A stretch of 64,000 nucleotides of DNA from an uncultured Solirubrobacterales bacterium (GTDB lineage: Bacteria > Actinomycetota > Thermoleophilia > Solirubrobacterales > 70-9), in NCBI GenBank assembly GCA_963718775.1, contig OY970377.1, positions 418,578 to 482,577 on the forward strand, written 5' to 3'. The notes beneath the pieces were generated by a model. It was not told where the DNA came from. It searched no databases and saw nothing but the letters and a program-made list of their open reading frames with translations. The first letter of the stretch is position 1. The number at the start of each line of letters is the position of its first letter. A program made the translations under genes and the position numbers. Below are positions 21,466 to 32,687 of the stretch, piece after piece.

Positions 21466-22143
21466 CTACTCGGGGTCTTTTTCGAACTGCTCGGCTCGCG
21501 CCCGGCTCTGCTCGGCCCGCCAGAGCCGCACCCGCTCGTGGTCGCCGGAGAGCAGCACGTCCGGCACTCCCCAGCCCCGGTACTCGGCCGGACGGGTGTA
21601 GTGCGGGTACTCGGGCATGCCCTCGAGCAGCTGGCTGAACGACTCCTCGACTGCGCTGTGCTCGTGCCCGAGCGCCCCCGGCAGCTTGCGCATCACCACG
21701 TCGGCGAGCACCATCGCCGGCAGCTCGCCACCGGCCAGCACGTAGCGCCCGATCGAGACCTCGTCGTCGGCGAAGTGCTCGTGCACCCGCTCGTCGAACC
21801 CCTCGTAGCGCCCGCAGAGCAACGCCACGTGCGGCTCCTGCGTCAGCTCGTCGGCCAGCTCGTCGTCGAGCAACCGCCCCGTCGGCGAGAGCAGCACCAC
21901 CCGAGGCTTCTCCTCGTTCGGATAGGCGGCTTGCAGCGCCGCATCGACCACGTCGACCCGGAGGACCATCCCAGCCCCGCCCCCATACGGCGAATCGTCA
22001 ACCTGCCCGGCACTCAGCGGAGTCGTGTCGCGGTAGTTGAAGAGACGAAGCTCGTTGCCCTGCGCCAGCGCGTTCTGCACCGACCGCTGCGACCGAAACC
22101 AGTCGAACGCCTCGGGAAAGAGAGAGAAGATGTCGAGTCTCAT
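21466..22143 (-). CDS. trmD: tRNA (guanine37-N1)-methyltransferase
   Basis: Intact 225 aa with FPE.F...[13 protein letters not shown]...[13 protein letters not shown]...[16 protein letters not shown]. Confidence 0.9.
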   Translation of the reverse strand: MRLDIFSLFPEAFDWFRSQRSVQNALAQGNELRLFNYRDTTPLSAGQVDDSPYGGGAGMVLRVDVVDAALQAAYPNEEKPRVVLLSPTGRLLDDELADELTQEPHVALLCGRYEGFDERVHEHFADDEVSIGRYVLAGGELPAMVLADVVMRKLPGALGHEHSAVEESFSQLLEGMPEYPHYTRPAEYRGWGVPDVLLSGDHERVRLWRAEQSRARAEQFEKDPE

Positions 22144-22256
22144 AGCGGAATCCTGGTGGGGGTGAAGCGTCTTGTACTTTTTCGCGGCTCACCCTCGGGC
22201 GCCAGCGAAATTCCGCTTCTCGAAAAGTTAAGCGAAACCCCCGCCAGGATTCCGCT
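22144..22256 (+). repeat. Hairpin repeat family A, copy A3
   Basis: Arms are AGCGGAATCCTGGTGGGGG / CCCCCGCCAGGATTCCGCT around the conserved core. It starts one base after the trmD start codon (CAT at 22141..22143) and fills the KH-trmD spacer. Confidence 0.9.
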
Positions 22257-22264
22257 TACCGACC

Positions 22265-22495
22265 TCAGTCCAGTATGTCGACGATGACCCGACGGTCGAG
22301 CCGCACCGCCGCAGCCTTGGCGATCGTCCGAATCGCGTTGGCAACCCGGCCGCCCTTGCCGATCACGCGCCCGAGATCATCCTCGGCGACGGTGATCTCG
22401 TAGACGAGGTCGCCGTCCTCTTCGAGCTCCTCGACGACGACAGCGGCGGGGTCCTCGACCAGCGACTTGACGAGGAACTCGAGGAGCTCCGTCAT
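22265..22495 (-). CDS. KH-domain RNA-binding protein (YlqC/UPF0109 type)
   Basis: Intact 76 aa with ...DDLGRVIGKGGRVANAIRTI.... Sits in the conserved position after rpsP. Confidence 0.8.
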   Translation of the reverse strand: MTELLEFLVKSLVEDPAAVVVEELEEDGDLVYEITVAEDDLGRVIGKGGRVANAIRTIAKAAAVRLDRRVIVDILD

Positions 22496-22498
22496 CGA

Positions 22499-22753
22499 CT
22501 AGCTACCTGAGGCGCGAATGCCCTTGGTGCGCAGCAGCGTGGCGACCGTCTCCGAGGGCTGAGCGCCGTGCTCGAGCCAGTGCTTGGCACGCTCCTCGTC
22601 GAACTCGATCGTCGAGGGCTCGGTCTGCGGGTTGTAGCGACCGATCGTCTCGATCGTGCGCCCGTCACGCGGGGAGCGCTTGTCGGCGACGACGATCCGC
22701 CAGATCGGGTTCTTCTTCGAGCCGACGCGTCTTAGTCTGATTCGGACTGCCAT
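22499..22753 (-). CDS. rpsP: 30S ribosomal protein S16
   Basis: [42 protein letters not shown].... The start is taken at the internal Met of track ORF 22499..22801. Confidence 0.9.
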   Translation of the reverse strand: MAVRIRLRRVGSKKNPIWRIVVADKRSPRDGRTIETIGRYNPQTEPSTIEFDEERAKHWLEHGAQPSETVATLLRTKGIRASGS

Positions 22754-22766
22754 TGGACGCGGCAGA

Positions 22767-24134
<1,368 letters not shown>

Positions 24135-24156
24135 TGGGCTGAGCTTAAGGCAGGGG

Positions 24157-24200
24157 TGAGTTCGTGGTTAGTCGCGGTATACGCGAAAAAACACGAAGTC
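24157..24200 (+). repeat. Short hairpin repeat family E, copy E1
   Basis: TGAGTTCGTGGTTAGTCGCGGTATACGCGAAAAAACACGAAGTCA. About 34 of 45 positions match E2. The last bases overlap the ftsY stop codon. Confidence 0.55.
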
Positions 24201-25197
24201 AGCCTTCGGCGAGGAGGGCGTTGGCGAAGTCGGTGGGGTCGAAGGGGCGCAGGTCCTCGAGCGTCTCTCCGGTGCCGATCAGCTTGACGGGGATGCCTAG
24301 CTCGTCGGCGATGGCGAGGACGATGCCGCCCTTGGCGGTGCCGTCGAGCTTGGTGAGGACGACACCGTCGACCTCGGCGGCCTCGGCGAAGACCTTCGCC
24401 TGGCGCAGGCCGTTCTGGCCGGTGGTGGCGTCGATCGAGAGCAGGGTCTCGTGCGGGGCGCCGGGGAGCTGCTTGGCGATCACCCGGCGCACCTTGGCCA
24501 GCTCGTCCATCAGGTTGCTCTGGGTGTGCAGACGGCCGGCGGTGTCGACGATGACGATGTCGGCGCCGCGGGCACGGGCGGCGGCGATCGCGTCGAAGGC
24601 GACGGCGCCGGGGTCGCCGCCCTCCGCCGAGCGGACCAGTTCCGCTCCGGACCGCTCCGCCCACTCGGCGAGCTGCTCCGCCGCGGCGGCGCGGTAGGTG
24701 TCGGCGGCGCCGAGCACGACCGAGAGGCCGAACTCCTTGGAGAGGTGCCAGGCGATCTTGCCGATCGTCGTCGTCTTGCCGGTGCCGTTGACGCCGACCA
24801 TCAGCAGCACCGCCGGTTCGCCGCTGAGGTCGATCGGCGCCCGCGCGGTCGAGGCCACCTCGGCGAGGATCTCGATCAGGCGGGCGCGCACCGCCTCGCC
24901 GTCGGCCGTGACCTTGCCGGCCTCGACCTCGTGCTCGAGCCGCTCGACCACCTTGGCCGTCGTCGGCGCCCCGGTGTCGGCGAGGATCAGCGCCTCCTCG
25001 AGCCGCTCCCAGGTCTCGTCGTCGATGCGCTCGAAGAGACTGGCCGAGATCTCCTCGGTCAGCGCCTGGCGGCTCTTCGAGAGACTCTCGCGCAGACGGC
25101 GGAAAACGCCGCGGCGCTGCCCGGGGTCTTCAGCCGCCGAGGCGTTCGCGCTCACGCGCGAACCGAGGTCGAGTATCTCCTGCCAGCTGGTCGCCAT
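24199..25197 (-). CDS. ftsY: Signal recognition particle receptor FtsY
   Basis: Intact 332 aa with MVGVNGTGKTTTIGKIA, DTAGRLH, TKLDGTAKGG. Confidence 0.9.
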   Translation of the reverse strand: MATSWQEILDLGSRVSANASAAEDPGQRRGVFRRLRESLSKSRQALTEEISASLFERIDDETWERLEEALILADTGAPTTAKVVERLEHEVEAGKVTADGEAVRARLIEILAEVASTARAPIDLSGEPAVLLMVGVNGTGKTTTIGKIAWHLSKEFGLSVVLGAADTYRAAAAEQLAEWAERSGAELVRSAEGGDPGAVAFDAIAAARARGADIVIVDTAGRLHTQSNLMDELAKVRRVIAKQLPGAPHETLLSIDATTGQNGLRQAKVFAEAAEVDGVVLTKLDGTAKGGIVLAIADELGIPVKLIGTGETLEDLRPFDPTDFANALLAEG

Positions 25198-26608
25198 GGG
25201 ATTTGCCGTCGGAGGCTATCCGGGCGGCGGCGAGGAGCTCCTCCACGGCCTCGCGGAGGTAGGCGGAGATGCGTTCGAGGTCGGGCATCGAGGCGCGGTC
25301 GGCGAGCAGGCCGAAGTTGACCTGGCCGTTGTAGCTGATGATCGCTATCGCCAGCGCGTGGCGGCGGGCGAGGAAGCCGATCGGGAAGACGCCCTCGAGC
25401 TCGCGGCCAAGGATGTAGAAGGGGATCTGCGGGCCCGGGAAGTTGGTGACGAGGAGGTTGAAGAGACGGGTCGAGAAGTTGATCGCCGCGGTCGGCGCGA
25501 GCAGCAGCGGCGGAGCGAAGTCGCGGAACCAGTCGTTGAGCCCCCAGATCGCTTCCGCGCCCAGCGGCTGCTTGGAGGACTTCAGCTCCTCCATCGCCAC
25601 GTGCACGGCATTGAGGCGCTCGACCGGATCGGCGATGCCGACCGGCAGCGGGCCCCGCATCGCGGTCAATTTGTTGCCCAGCTCACCCTGCTCGTTGACG
25701 GTGCGGATCGAGACCGGCACCAGCGCCTTCAGCTCCATCCCCTCGGTGGAGACTTCGCGATCGTGCAGCCAGCGACGCAGGGCGCCGGCGGTGGCGGCGA
25801 GGATCACGTCGTTGACCGTCACGCCAAGGGCGTTCTTGATCAGCTTGAAGTCATCGAGCGTGAAGCCCGCCCAGGAGAAGCTGCGCGCGGGCCCGATCTC
25901 GACGTTGAGCGGCACCTTCGGCGCCGGTCGAGCCAGGTTCCAGGTCACCTCCCAGAGGCCGGCGACGCCGTCGGCGGCACGTTTGCGGGCCCGCCCCGGC
26001 TGACGCGCCGCTTTGCCGAGCCAGCGGGCCATCCGTCGCACGGTTTCCCAGATGCCGCCCACGGCGCGGGCGAGCAGGGTGAGCGAGGAGGGCGACTTCT
26101 GGGCGCTCCAAGGCTGCTCGTCGCCGATCGGCTTCGCGTCGGGCTCGACGTCGAAGAGCAGCGTGCCGATGTCGACGGCCGAGAAGCCGTCGGCGAGCGC
26201 GTGGTGGGTCTTGTAGACGATCGCGAAGCGCTCGTCCTCGAAGCCCTCGACCAGCACCAGCTCCCAGAGCGGACTGCGAACGATCGAGCGGCGGCGAGAG
26301 GACCTCGCCGACCAAGTCGTGGAACTGGGTGTCGTCGCCGGGAGGCGGCAGGCTCACCCGTCGCAGGTGGTTGGCGAGGTCGAAGTCGGCGATCGTCGAC
26401 CCAGAAGGGGGTGCCGAGCCGCAGCGGCGGGAAGACGAGTCGCTGGCGCAGGCGCGGCAGCAGGTGGACCCGGGTGCGAATGTGGGCGACGAAGTCCTCG
26501 TGGGCGGGCGGGTCGCCCAGCGCACATCAGCACGGCGCCGATCGCCATGTGCCCGTTGGACTTCTCGTTGACCAGGAATGACGTATCGAACGACGTCAGC
26601 CTGTCCAT
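25130..26608 (-). CDS. WS/DGAT-family wax ester synthase / diacylglycerol acyltransferase; frameshifted
   Basis: The HHALADG active-site motif and C-terminal domain are on track ORF 25130..26257. The N-terminus MDRLTSFDTSFLVNEKSNGHMAIGAVLM is on 26354..26623. The annotated tail overlaps the ftsY start by ~68 nt, so the true stop is uncertain. Confidence 0.75.
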
Positions 26609-26716
26609 GTGGCGTTGCGCCACAGTCCCTCCTTTCGTACCCCGCGAACAGCGTAGCGGGGTCCCTGCTCAGGAACGTTCTGCTTTCTTTAAGCGCAGAA
26701 GGGCGGCTAGAAGGGT

Positions 26717-29194
26717 CTAAGCGGCTTCGACCGAGCCCGACCGAGGCGTCACGGCGGGCTGCTCGCCGATCAAGGGAGCCGACGACGTCTCGGCGCCGCT
26801 CGCTTCATCCTCATCGCTCTCGGCCAGGCCGGCGAACGGCGGCGGAGCTGCCGCGGCCTCGGAGCCCGCCCCTTCGGCCTCGACTTCGCGCGGCAGGCGG
26901 CGGGAGACGACCTTGGTCACGCCGTCGCCGCCCATGCTGACGCCGTAGAGGACGTCGGCGGCGTCCATCGTCCGTTTCTGGTGGGTGACGATGACGAACT
27001 GGGCGCGATCGGAGAAGCGCCTGATCAGCTGCAGGAAGCGATCGATGTTGGCGTCGTCGAGGGCGGCCTCGACCTCGTCGAGGATGTAGAAGGGGCAGGG
27101 CCGGGCGAGGAAGACCGCGAAGACGAAGGCGATCGCGACCAGCGACTTCTCGCCGCCGGAGAGCAGTGAGAGCTTGCGGGTCGACTTGCCGGCCGGGGTG
27201 ACCTCGATCTCGACCCCGAGCTCGTCGCGCTGCTCTTCCTCCTCGTCGTCGCCCACCTCGGCGGCATCCTCGCCCTCGGCAGGCGCCTCGCTCTCGGCAT
27301 CGCGGACCGGGCGCAGGGCGACCCGTCCGCAGGCGTCCCCGGCCGCCCGGGAAGAGGTGCTCGATCATCTCCTCGAAGTTCTTCGCGGTCGCCTCGAAGG
27401 TCTGCTCGAAGGCGCGCTCGATCTCACGGTCGATGTCGCGGATCAGCGCCTCCAGCTCGCGCATGCCGCGCTCGGTGTCCTCGCGCTGGGCCTGCAGCGA
27501 CTCGACGTGGTCGCGCGCCTCCTCGTACTCCTGCTCGGCCAGCGGGTTGACCGGGCCGATCTGGGCGCGGCGGCGCTCCAGCCGCTCCAGCCGGCGGTCG
27601 ATTTCGGCGCGCTCCTCGTCGCTCAGCGGCTGCTCGGCCGCGGCGACCTCCTCGCCGAGTCGCTCGGAGATCGAGGCCAGCTCCTTGGCGGCCTCGGCGC
27701 GGCGATCGCCGAGGTGGGCGGCCTCGACCTCGACCTCGGTCAGCCGGTCGGAGGCGGCGGTCATCTCCGTCTGCAGCTCGTACTCGCGCTGTGAGCAGGC
27801 GCGCATCTCCTCGGCGATCTCGTCGCCGTCGCCCTCGCCACCGACGACGCGCTGCTCGATCCGCTCGACCCGGGCGCGAATCGCGGCCTCGGCCGCCGTC
27901 GGCCGCCGCAGCGGCCGCACGGACGTCGTCGAGCAGCTCCTCGCCGGCGGCGAGGCGCTTGCGCAGCATCTCGCGGTGGCGCTCGCCGAGCAGCCCCTCG
28001 GCGCGGCGCGCGTGCCGCGAGGCGCGCTCGGCGCCGCCGCGGACATCGCCCAGAGCCGCCTCGCGGGCTGCCTCGCTGGCGTCGGCTGAGCGGGCCCGCG
28101 CCAGGCCCGTCGCCGGCGCTGGTCAGACCGGCGTCGATCTCGCCCAGCTCCTCCTCCAGCTGCCGGGCTCGTTCGCCCGGCGCGGCGGCGCCCTCGCCGA
28201 CGTCGAGCGTCAGCGGCCCGAGCTCGGCGCGCAGCGCCTCCAGGCCGCTGGTCAACTCCCCCTCGCGGTCGCCGAGGCCGGCGGCGCGGACGGCGATCCG
28301 TTGCTGATCGCCGCGCAGCTTGGTCAGCACGCCCCAGGCCTGGGTGCGCTCGCGGTCGCGGGCGGCAAAGCGCTCCTCGGCGGCGCGCCGCTTCTCGCTC
28401 ACCTCGGCCAGTCGCTTCTCCAGCGTCGCCCGCTGGGCGCGCGCCTCCTGTGCGGCCTTTTCGGCTGCCGCGGCGCGGTCGGCGCCGAAGCGCAGCTCCT
28501 CGGCGACCAGCTGCCCGCGCAGGCCCAGTTCCTCGCGCTCGATCCGCGCTCCCAGCTCGGCCGCCTGCGCCTGGCGCTTCAGCGGCCGCAGGCGAGCGCG
28601 AGCCTCGCGCTCGAGGTCGAGGGCGCGGTCGAGGTTGTCGCGCGCGGCGCGCAGCTTCAGCTCGGCCCGGCGGCGCCGTTTGCGGTGCTTGCCGAGGCCG
28701 GCCGCCTCCTCGATCAGGAGGCGCCGTTCGCGCGGCTTGGAGTGGATGATCGACTCGACCCGGCCCTGGCTGATCACCGAGTGCATCTCGCGGCCGAGAT
28801 TGGTGTCGGAGAGCACCTCGGTGACGTCGACGAGGCGGCAGCGGGCGCCGTTGAGCCGGTAGCCGCCGTCGCCGGAGCGGTCGAGCGTGCGCTTGATCGC
28901 GATCTCGGAGAGCTCGGTGGCAGCGCGGCCCTCGGAGTTGTCGATCGTCACCTCGACTTCGGCGGCGCGGCGCTGGCCGACGCCCTTGCCGCCGGCCGAG
29001 ATCACGTCCTGCATCGAGGCGCCGCGGATCGCCCCCGGGCTCTGCTCGCCGAGCGCCCAGAGCACCGCGTCGGTGATGTTCGACTTGCCCGAGCCGTTGG
29101 GGCCGACGATCACGCTGACGCCGGGCGAGAACTCCAGCCTCGCCCGCTCGGGGAACGACTTGAACCCCTTCATCTCGATCGATCTCAGATACAT
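26717..29194 (-). CDS. smc: SMC-family chromosome partition ATPase, unusually short (~825 codons) with no recognisable hinge; at least 3 frame changes
   Basis: N-terminal head MYLRSIEMKGFKSF...GPNGSGKSNITDA is on 27761..29194. The coiled coil is on 27424..27969 and 26811..28046. C-terminal head LSLLSGGEKSLVAIAFVFAVF...FYILDEVEAALDDANI...VTHQKRTM is on 26717..27256. It sits in the canonical rnc-smc-ftsY position. Confidence 0.8.
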
Positions 29195-29272
29195 CTGGCT
29201 ATTCGCTCCGCTTCCAGTCCCTCACGCTCGGATCGCAAGGCTCTCTATTGAGTCGGACGCAACGGCGGACAT

Positions 29273-29951
29273 CTAGTCCCCAAGCCGTTTCAGCGCCTGC
29301 TCGGCGGCCGCTTGCTCGGCCGCCTTCTTGCTCCGGCCCACCCCGTCGCCGACCCGCTCGGAGTCGACGACCGCCGCCACTTCGAATTTCCGTCGGTGCG
29401 GTGGGCCGGATTCGGCGATCACCTCGTAGCTTACGTGCGCGTGGCGGCGCGCCAGCAGCTCTTGCAGCGCTGACTTGAAGTCGACCATCGTCTCGGCCGG
29501 CGTGCTCGATCCGCGGCTCGAAGGCGGCGGCGACGGCATCGGCGATGCGCTCGAAGCCAAAGGCGAGGAAGCAGGCGCCGATCAGCGCCTCGGTCACCTC
29601 GGGCAGCGGCCGCTCGCCGCTGAGCAGCACCTCGGCGGGAATCCCCGCCACCATCTCCTCCGGCTCGTTGGCGCGCAGCATCGCCGGCACGCCAAGCTCG
29701 CGGCCGACCTCGGCGCAGGAGACGCCGCTGACCGCCTGGTTGTGGATCTTGGTCAGGCCGCCGGCGTCGACGTCGGGGAAGCGGTCGACCAGGTCGCGGG
29801 CGACCGCGAGGGCAAGCACGCTGTCGCCGAGGTAGGCGAGGCGCTCGTAGGACTCGGTGCGGTCCTCGGTCCAGGAGGAGTGGGTGAGCGCCTGGCGCCG
29901 CAGCTCCTCCGGCAGGTCCTCGATCAGTTCCGCCAGCGCGGCGGCACTCAC
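29273..29951 (-). CDS. rnc: Ribonuclease III; 1 frame change
   Basis: The catalytic domain ...ERLAYLGDSVLALAVARDL... is within track ORF 29199..30650, and the dsRBD ...DFKSALQELLARRH..VSYEV...GPPHRRKFEV is on 29273..29560. The GTG start overlaps the acpP stop (GTGA at 29948..29951). Confidence 0.85.
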
Positions 29952-30193
29952 GCCGGGGCGTGCTCGAGCACGAACGCGACCGCGTCGCCGACGGTCGCGA
30001 TCTTCGTCGCCTGCTCCTCGGAGACGGAGATCCCGTAGGTGTCCTCCAGCTCCATGACCAGCTCGTAGAGGTCGAGCGAGTCGGCGTCGAGGTCCTCCTT
30101 GAAGCGGGTCGCCTCGCCGATCTTCGCGGCGTCGACCTCGAGCTCCTCGGCGAGGTGCTCGCGGACCAGGGTGAGGACTTCCTCGCGGGTCAT
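29948..30193 (-). CDS. acpP: Acyl carrier protein
   Basis: Intact 81 aa with the DLDADSLDLYELVMELE phosphopantetheine-site motif. Confidence 0.9.
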   Translation of the reverse strand: MTREEVLTLVREHLAEELEVDAAKIGEATRFKEDLDADSLDLYELVMELEDTYGISVSEEQATKIATVGDAVAFVLEHAPA

Positions 30194-30205
30194 CGAGGGT
30201 TCCTA

Positions 30206-31232
30206 TCACGCGCCGTCCCCGCCGTCCCGGGCAGCGGCCAGCTCGCCGCGGCCGGCGCCGCCCTCGCGCAGCAGCGTCAGCCGTGCGACCGACCGCATCG
30301 ACCTCGACGCAGCGCGCCGCCAGGCGCACCGCGTTGGCGATCCCCTCGGCGCCCGAGCTGCCGTGGCCGACCACGGCGATGCCGCGCAGGCCGAGCAGGA
30401 TCGCGCCGCCGGTCGTGTCGGGGTGCAGCTCGCGGCGCAGGCCGCCGAGCGCCGGGCGCATCAGCAGGCCACCGAGCGCGGCCAGCGGGTTGGAGCGGGC
30501 GGCGTCGCGGATCGCCCCGGTCACCGTCTTCGCCGTGCCCTCCATCAGCTTCAGCGAGACGTTGCCGGTGAAGCCGTCGGTGACGACCACGTCGGCCGCT
30601 CCTGCTCGGAAGGTCGCGCCCCTCGACGTTGCCGACGAACTCGATCCCACTCGCCTGCGGAGAGGACCGCGTGGGCGGCGACCACCTCCTCACGACCCTT
30701 GCCCGCCTCCTCGCCGACCGAGAGCAGCCCCACGCGGGGTCGCTCGACGCCGAGCACGGCCTCGCTGAAGGCGGCGCCGAGGAAGGCGAACTGGACGAGG
30801 TGCTGGGCGCGCACCTCGACGTTGGCGCCGACGTCGAGGAAGAGGACCGACTTGCCGGGGACCGGGAGCTGCACGGCAAGCGCCGGTCGCTGCACTCCCT
30901 TCAGTCGTCGCAGGCCGAAGGTGGCTGCTGCCATAGTCGCCCCGGTCGAGCCGGGACTGACCATCGCCTCGGCATCGCCGTCGGCGACAGTCGGCGGCAG
31001 CGCGAACAACCGAGGCCTCTTTCTTCGCCCGCACGGCAGAGACCGGATCGTCGTCGTTGCCGATCCACTCCGCGGTCGGGACGACCTCGATCCCGTCGAC
31101 GCCGTCGAGCCCGAGCTCCTCCGGGGGGCCGAAGACCCGCACCCGGATCCCGTCGTCCGCAGCCATTCGCGCGCCCTCGGCGAGCACGCCAAAGCCCTGC
31201 TCGGCCCCGAACCCATCCAGGGCGACGGTCAC
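30206..31232 (-). CDS. plsX: Phosphate acyltransferase PlsX; at least 3 frame changes
   Basis: Pieces lie on 30690..31307 (VTVALDGFG...), 30551..31216 (...GSTGATMAAA...FLDVGANVE...) and the N-terminal part of 29199..30650 (...VVVTDGFTGNVSLKLMEG...GIAVVGHGSS...). The stop at 30206 is inferred in a further frame. Confidence 0.8.
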
Positions 31233-31248
31233 GCCGCGCCCCAAGGCG

Positions 31249-31461
31249 CTACTCCGAGTCGGTGGGCGTCGCCGCGGGCTCGGCGACCGTGTGTTTGATG
31301 ACCTCACGCCCGGCGTAGGTGCCGCAGGTCGGGCAGACGCGGTGCGGCAGGCGCGGGCTGTGGCAGCGCGGACAGCGGTTCAGGCGCGCCTTGCCGGCCT
31401 TGTGGTTGGCGCGCCGCTTGTCGCGCCGGGCGCTGGAGGTTCTCTTCTTTGGGACGGCCAT
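31249..31461 (-). CDS. rpmF: 50S ribosomal protein L32
   Basis: MAVPKKRTSSARRDKRRANHK...CPRCHSPRLPHRVCPTCGTY.... The start is taken at the internal Met of track ORF 31249..31503. Confidence 0.9.
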   Translation of the reverse strand: MAVPKKRTSSARRDKRRANHKAGKARLNRCPRCHSPRLPHRVCPTCGTYAGREVIKHTVAEPAATPTDSE

Positions 31462-31488
31462 CGGTCGCGGGATGGTAGCGGGTTGAGA

Positions 31489-31601
31489 GAGGGAGTCGGG
31501 CACCCCTCCTCTCTCAACTTTTTCGCCTCCAGCGAGGCAGTTCTCGCTGAGGCATAGCGGCGAAAAAGTACAAGCCGTTCGGAGGGGTGCCCGACTCCCT
31601 C
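31489..31601 (-). repeat. Hairpin repeat subfamily B, copy B4
   Basis: Reverse complement is GAGGGAGTCGGGCACCCCTCC-GAACGGCTTGTACTTTTTCG-apex-CGAAAAAGTTGAGAGAGG-AGGGGTGCCCGACTCCCTC. Lies 27 nt upstream of the rpmF start. Confidence 0.9.
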
Positions 31602-32095
31602 AGTAAGCCGCTCTGACTACCGCGAGATCGTCGGCTTGCCAGGTGATCTCGCCGCCCGACCAATCGAGGAGCTTTTGGAGCGTCTCCGGCTCGAAGACGT
31701 CAGCCGATGACCAGCGAGCGAGACTGCTCCTTGACGCGGCGACAGAGCGCCTGGGTCTGCTCGTCGTCGAGCTGGTTGACCGAGAGAACGGAGATGACCA
31801 GGTCCCAGGGCCCGTCGGGCAGCGGGTCCTCCATGCGGGCGAGCTGGACGTCGTCGTAGCTCTGGCGGGCGCGGAAGACCATGTCGGGGCTGGCGTCGAG
31901 GCCGACCACCCAGGCGTCGGGATGGGCCTCGATCAGGCGCCGGGTCGTCTCGCCGGTGCCCATGCCCAGCTCCAGCACCCGCTCGGGCGGGAACGGGATC
32001 GCCGCGATCGCCTGCTCCTGCAGCTCGTCGTAGCGCGGGATCTGCGAGCGGATCCGCTCCAGGTAGACCTCGGGTGTCCAGTCGAATCGATCCAT
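31600..32095 (-). CDS. Class I SAM-dependent methyltransferase; probable C-terminal frame change
   Basis: Track ORF 31700..32095 carries VLELGMGTGETTRRL...VVGLDASPDMV...DLVISVLSVNQL. A plausible continuation ADVFEPETLQKLLDWSGGEITWQADDL.. lies in another frame, down to ~31600. Confidence 0.7.
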
Positions 32096-32153
32096 TCCGT
32101 AATCTCGTCGGAGGGAGCCATCGTAGGCCCCGGCTCAGCGGAGGAGAGTCTCT

Positions 32154-32676
32154 ATGGCACAAGCGACCACGATCATCGACCTGGCGCGGCTGTCCCTGTC
32201 CCATGGCGAGGGTCGCCGCCTCGACCTGCCGGTGCATCTGGAGCCGCTCGAGCTGGCCGGCCAGACCTACGCCGTATCGCCCGAGACCGGTGCAGGCCCG
32301 CATCGACGTCTCCCGCCCCAGCGGCGGCTATGCCTTCCGCCTGCGCTTCGCGCTCCGCATCGAGGGGCCCTGCATGCGCTGCCTGGAAGGCGCGGCCCTG
32401 GAGACCGAGGTCGACGCCCGCGAGGTCGCCCAGGACAACACCGACGACGAGGAGCTGCGCAGCCCCTACGTCGAGGACGAGCAGCTCGACCTCGGCCGCT
32501 GGGCCCACGACGCCGCCGTCCTCACCATCCCCACCCAGTTCCTCTGCCGCCCCGACTGCGCCGGCCTCTGCCCCACCTGCGGCGAGTCCCTCAACGACGC
32601 CGACCCCGAGGACCACAAGCACGAGCAAGCACCGGACCCTCGCTGGGCCAAGCTCAAAGAGCTAAAGCTCGACTAG
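32154..32676 (+). CDS. yceD: YceD/DUF177 family protein; 1 frame change; on the opposite strand to rpmF
   Basis: The N-terminus MAQATTIIDLARLSLSHGEGRRLDLPVHLEPLELAGQTYAV is on 32154..32777. The rest, ...GGYAFRLRFALRIEGPCMRCLE...CRPDCAGLCPTCGESLN, is on 32074..32676. Confidence 0.8.
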
Positions 32677-32687
32677 GGCGCCTGGAC

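Noticed and set aside
25130-25197. The 68-nt overlap between the WS/DGAT 3' end and the ftsY 5' end could be a meaningful overlapping-gene arrangement.
   Set aside because: The WS/DGAT gene is frameshifted elsewhere, and an undetected indel near its end would move the stop upstream. The overlap is therefore more likely an artefact.
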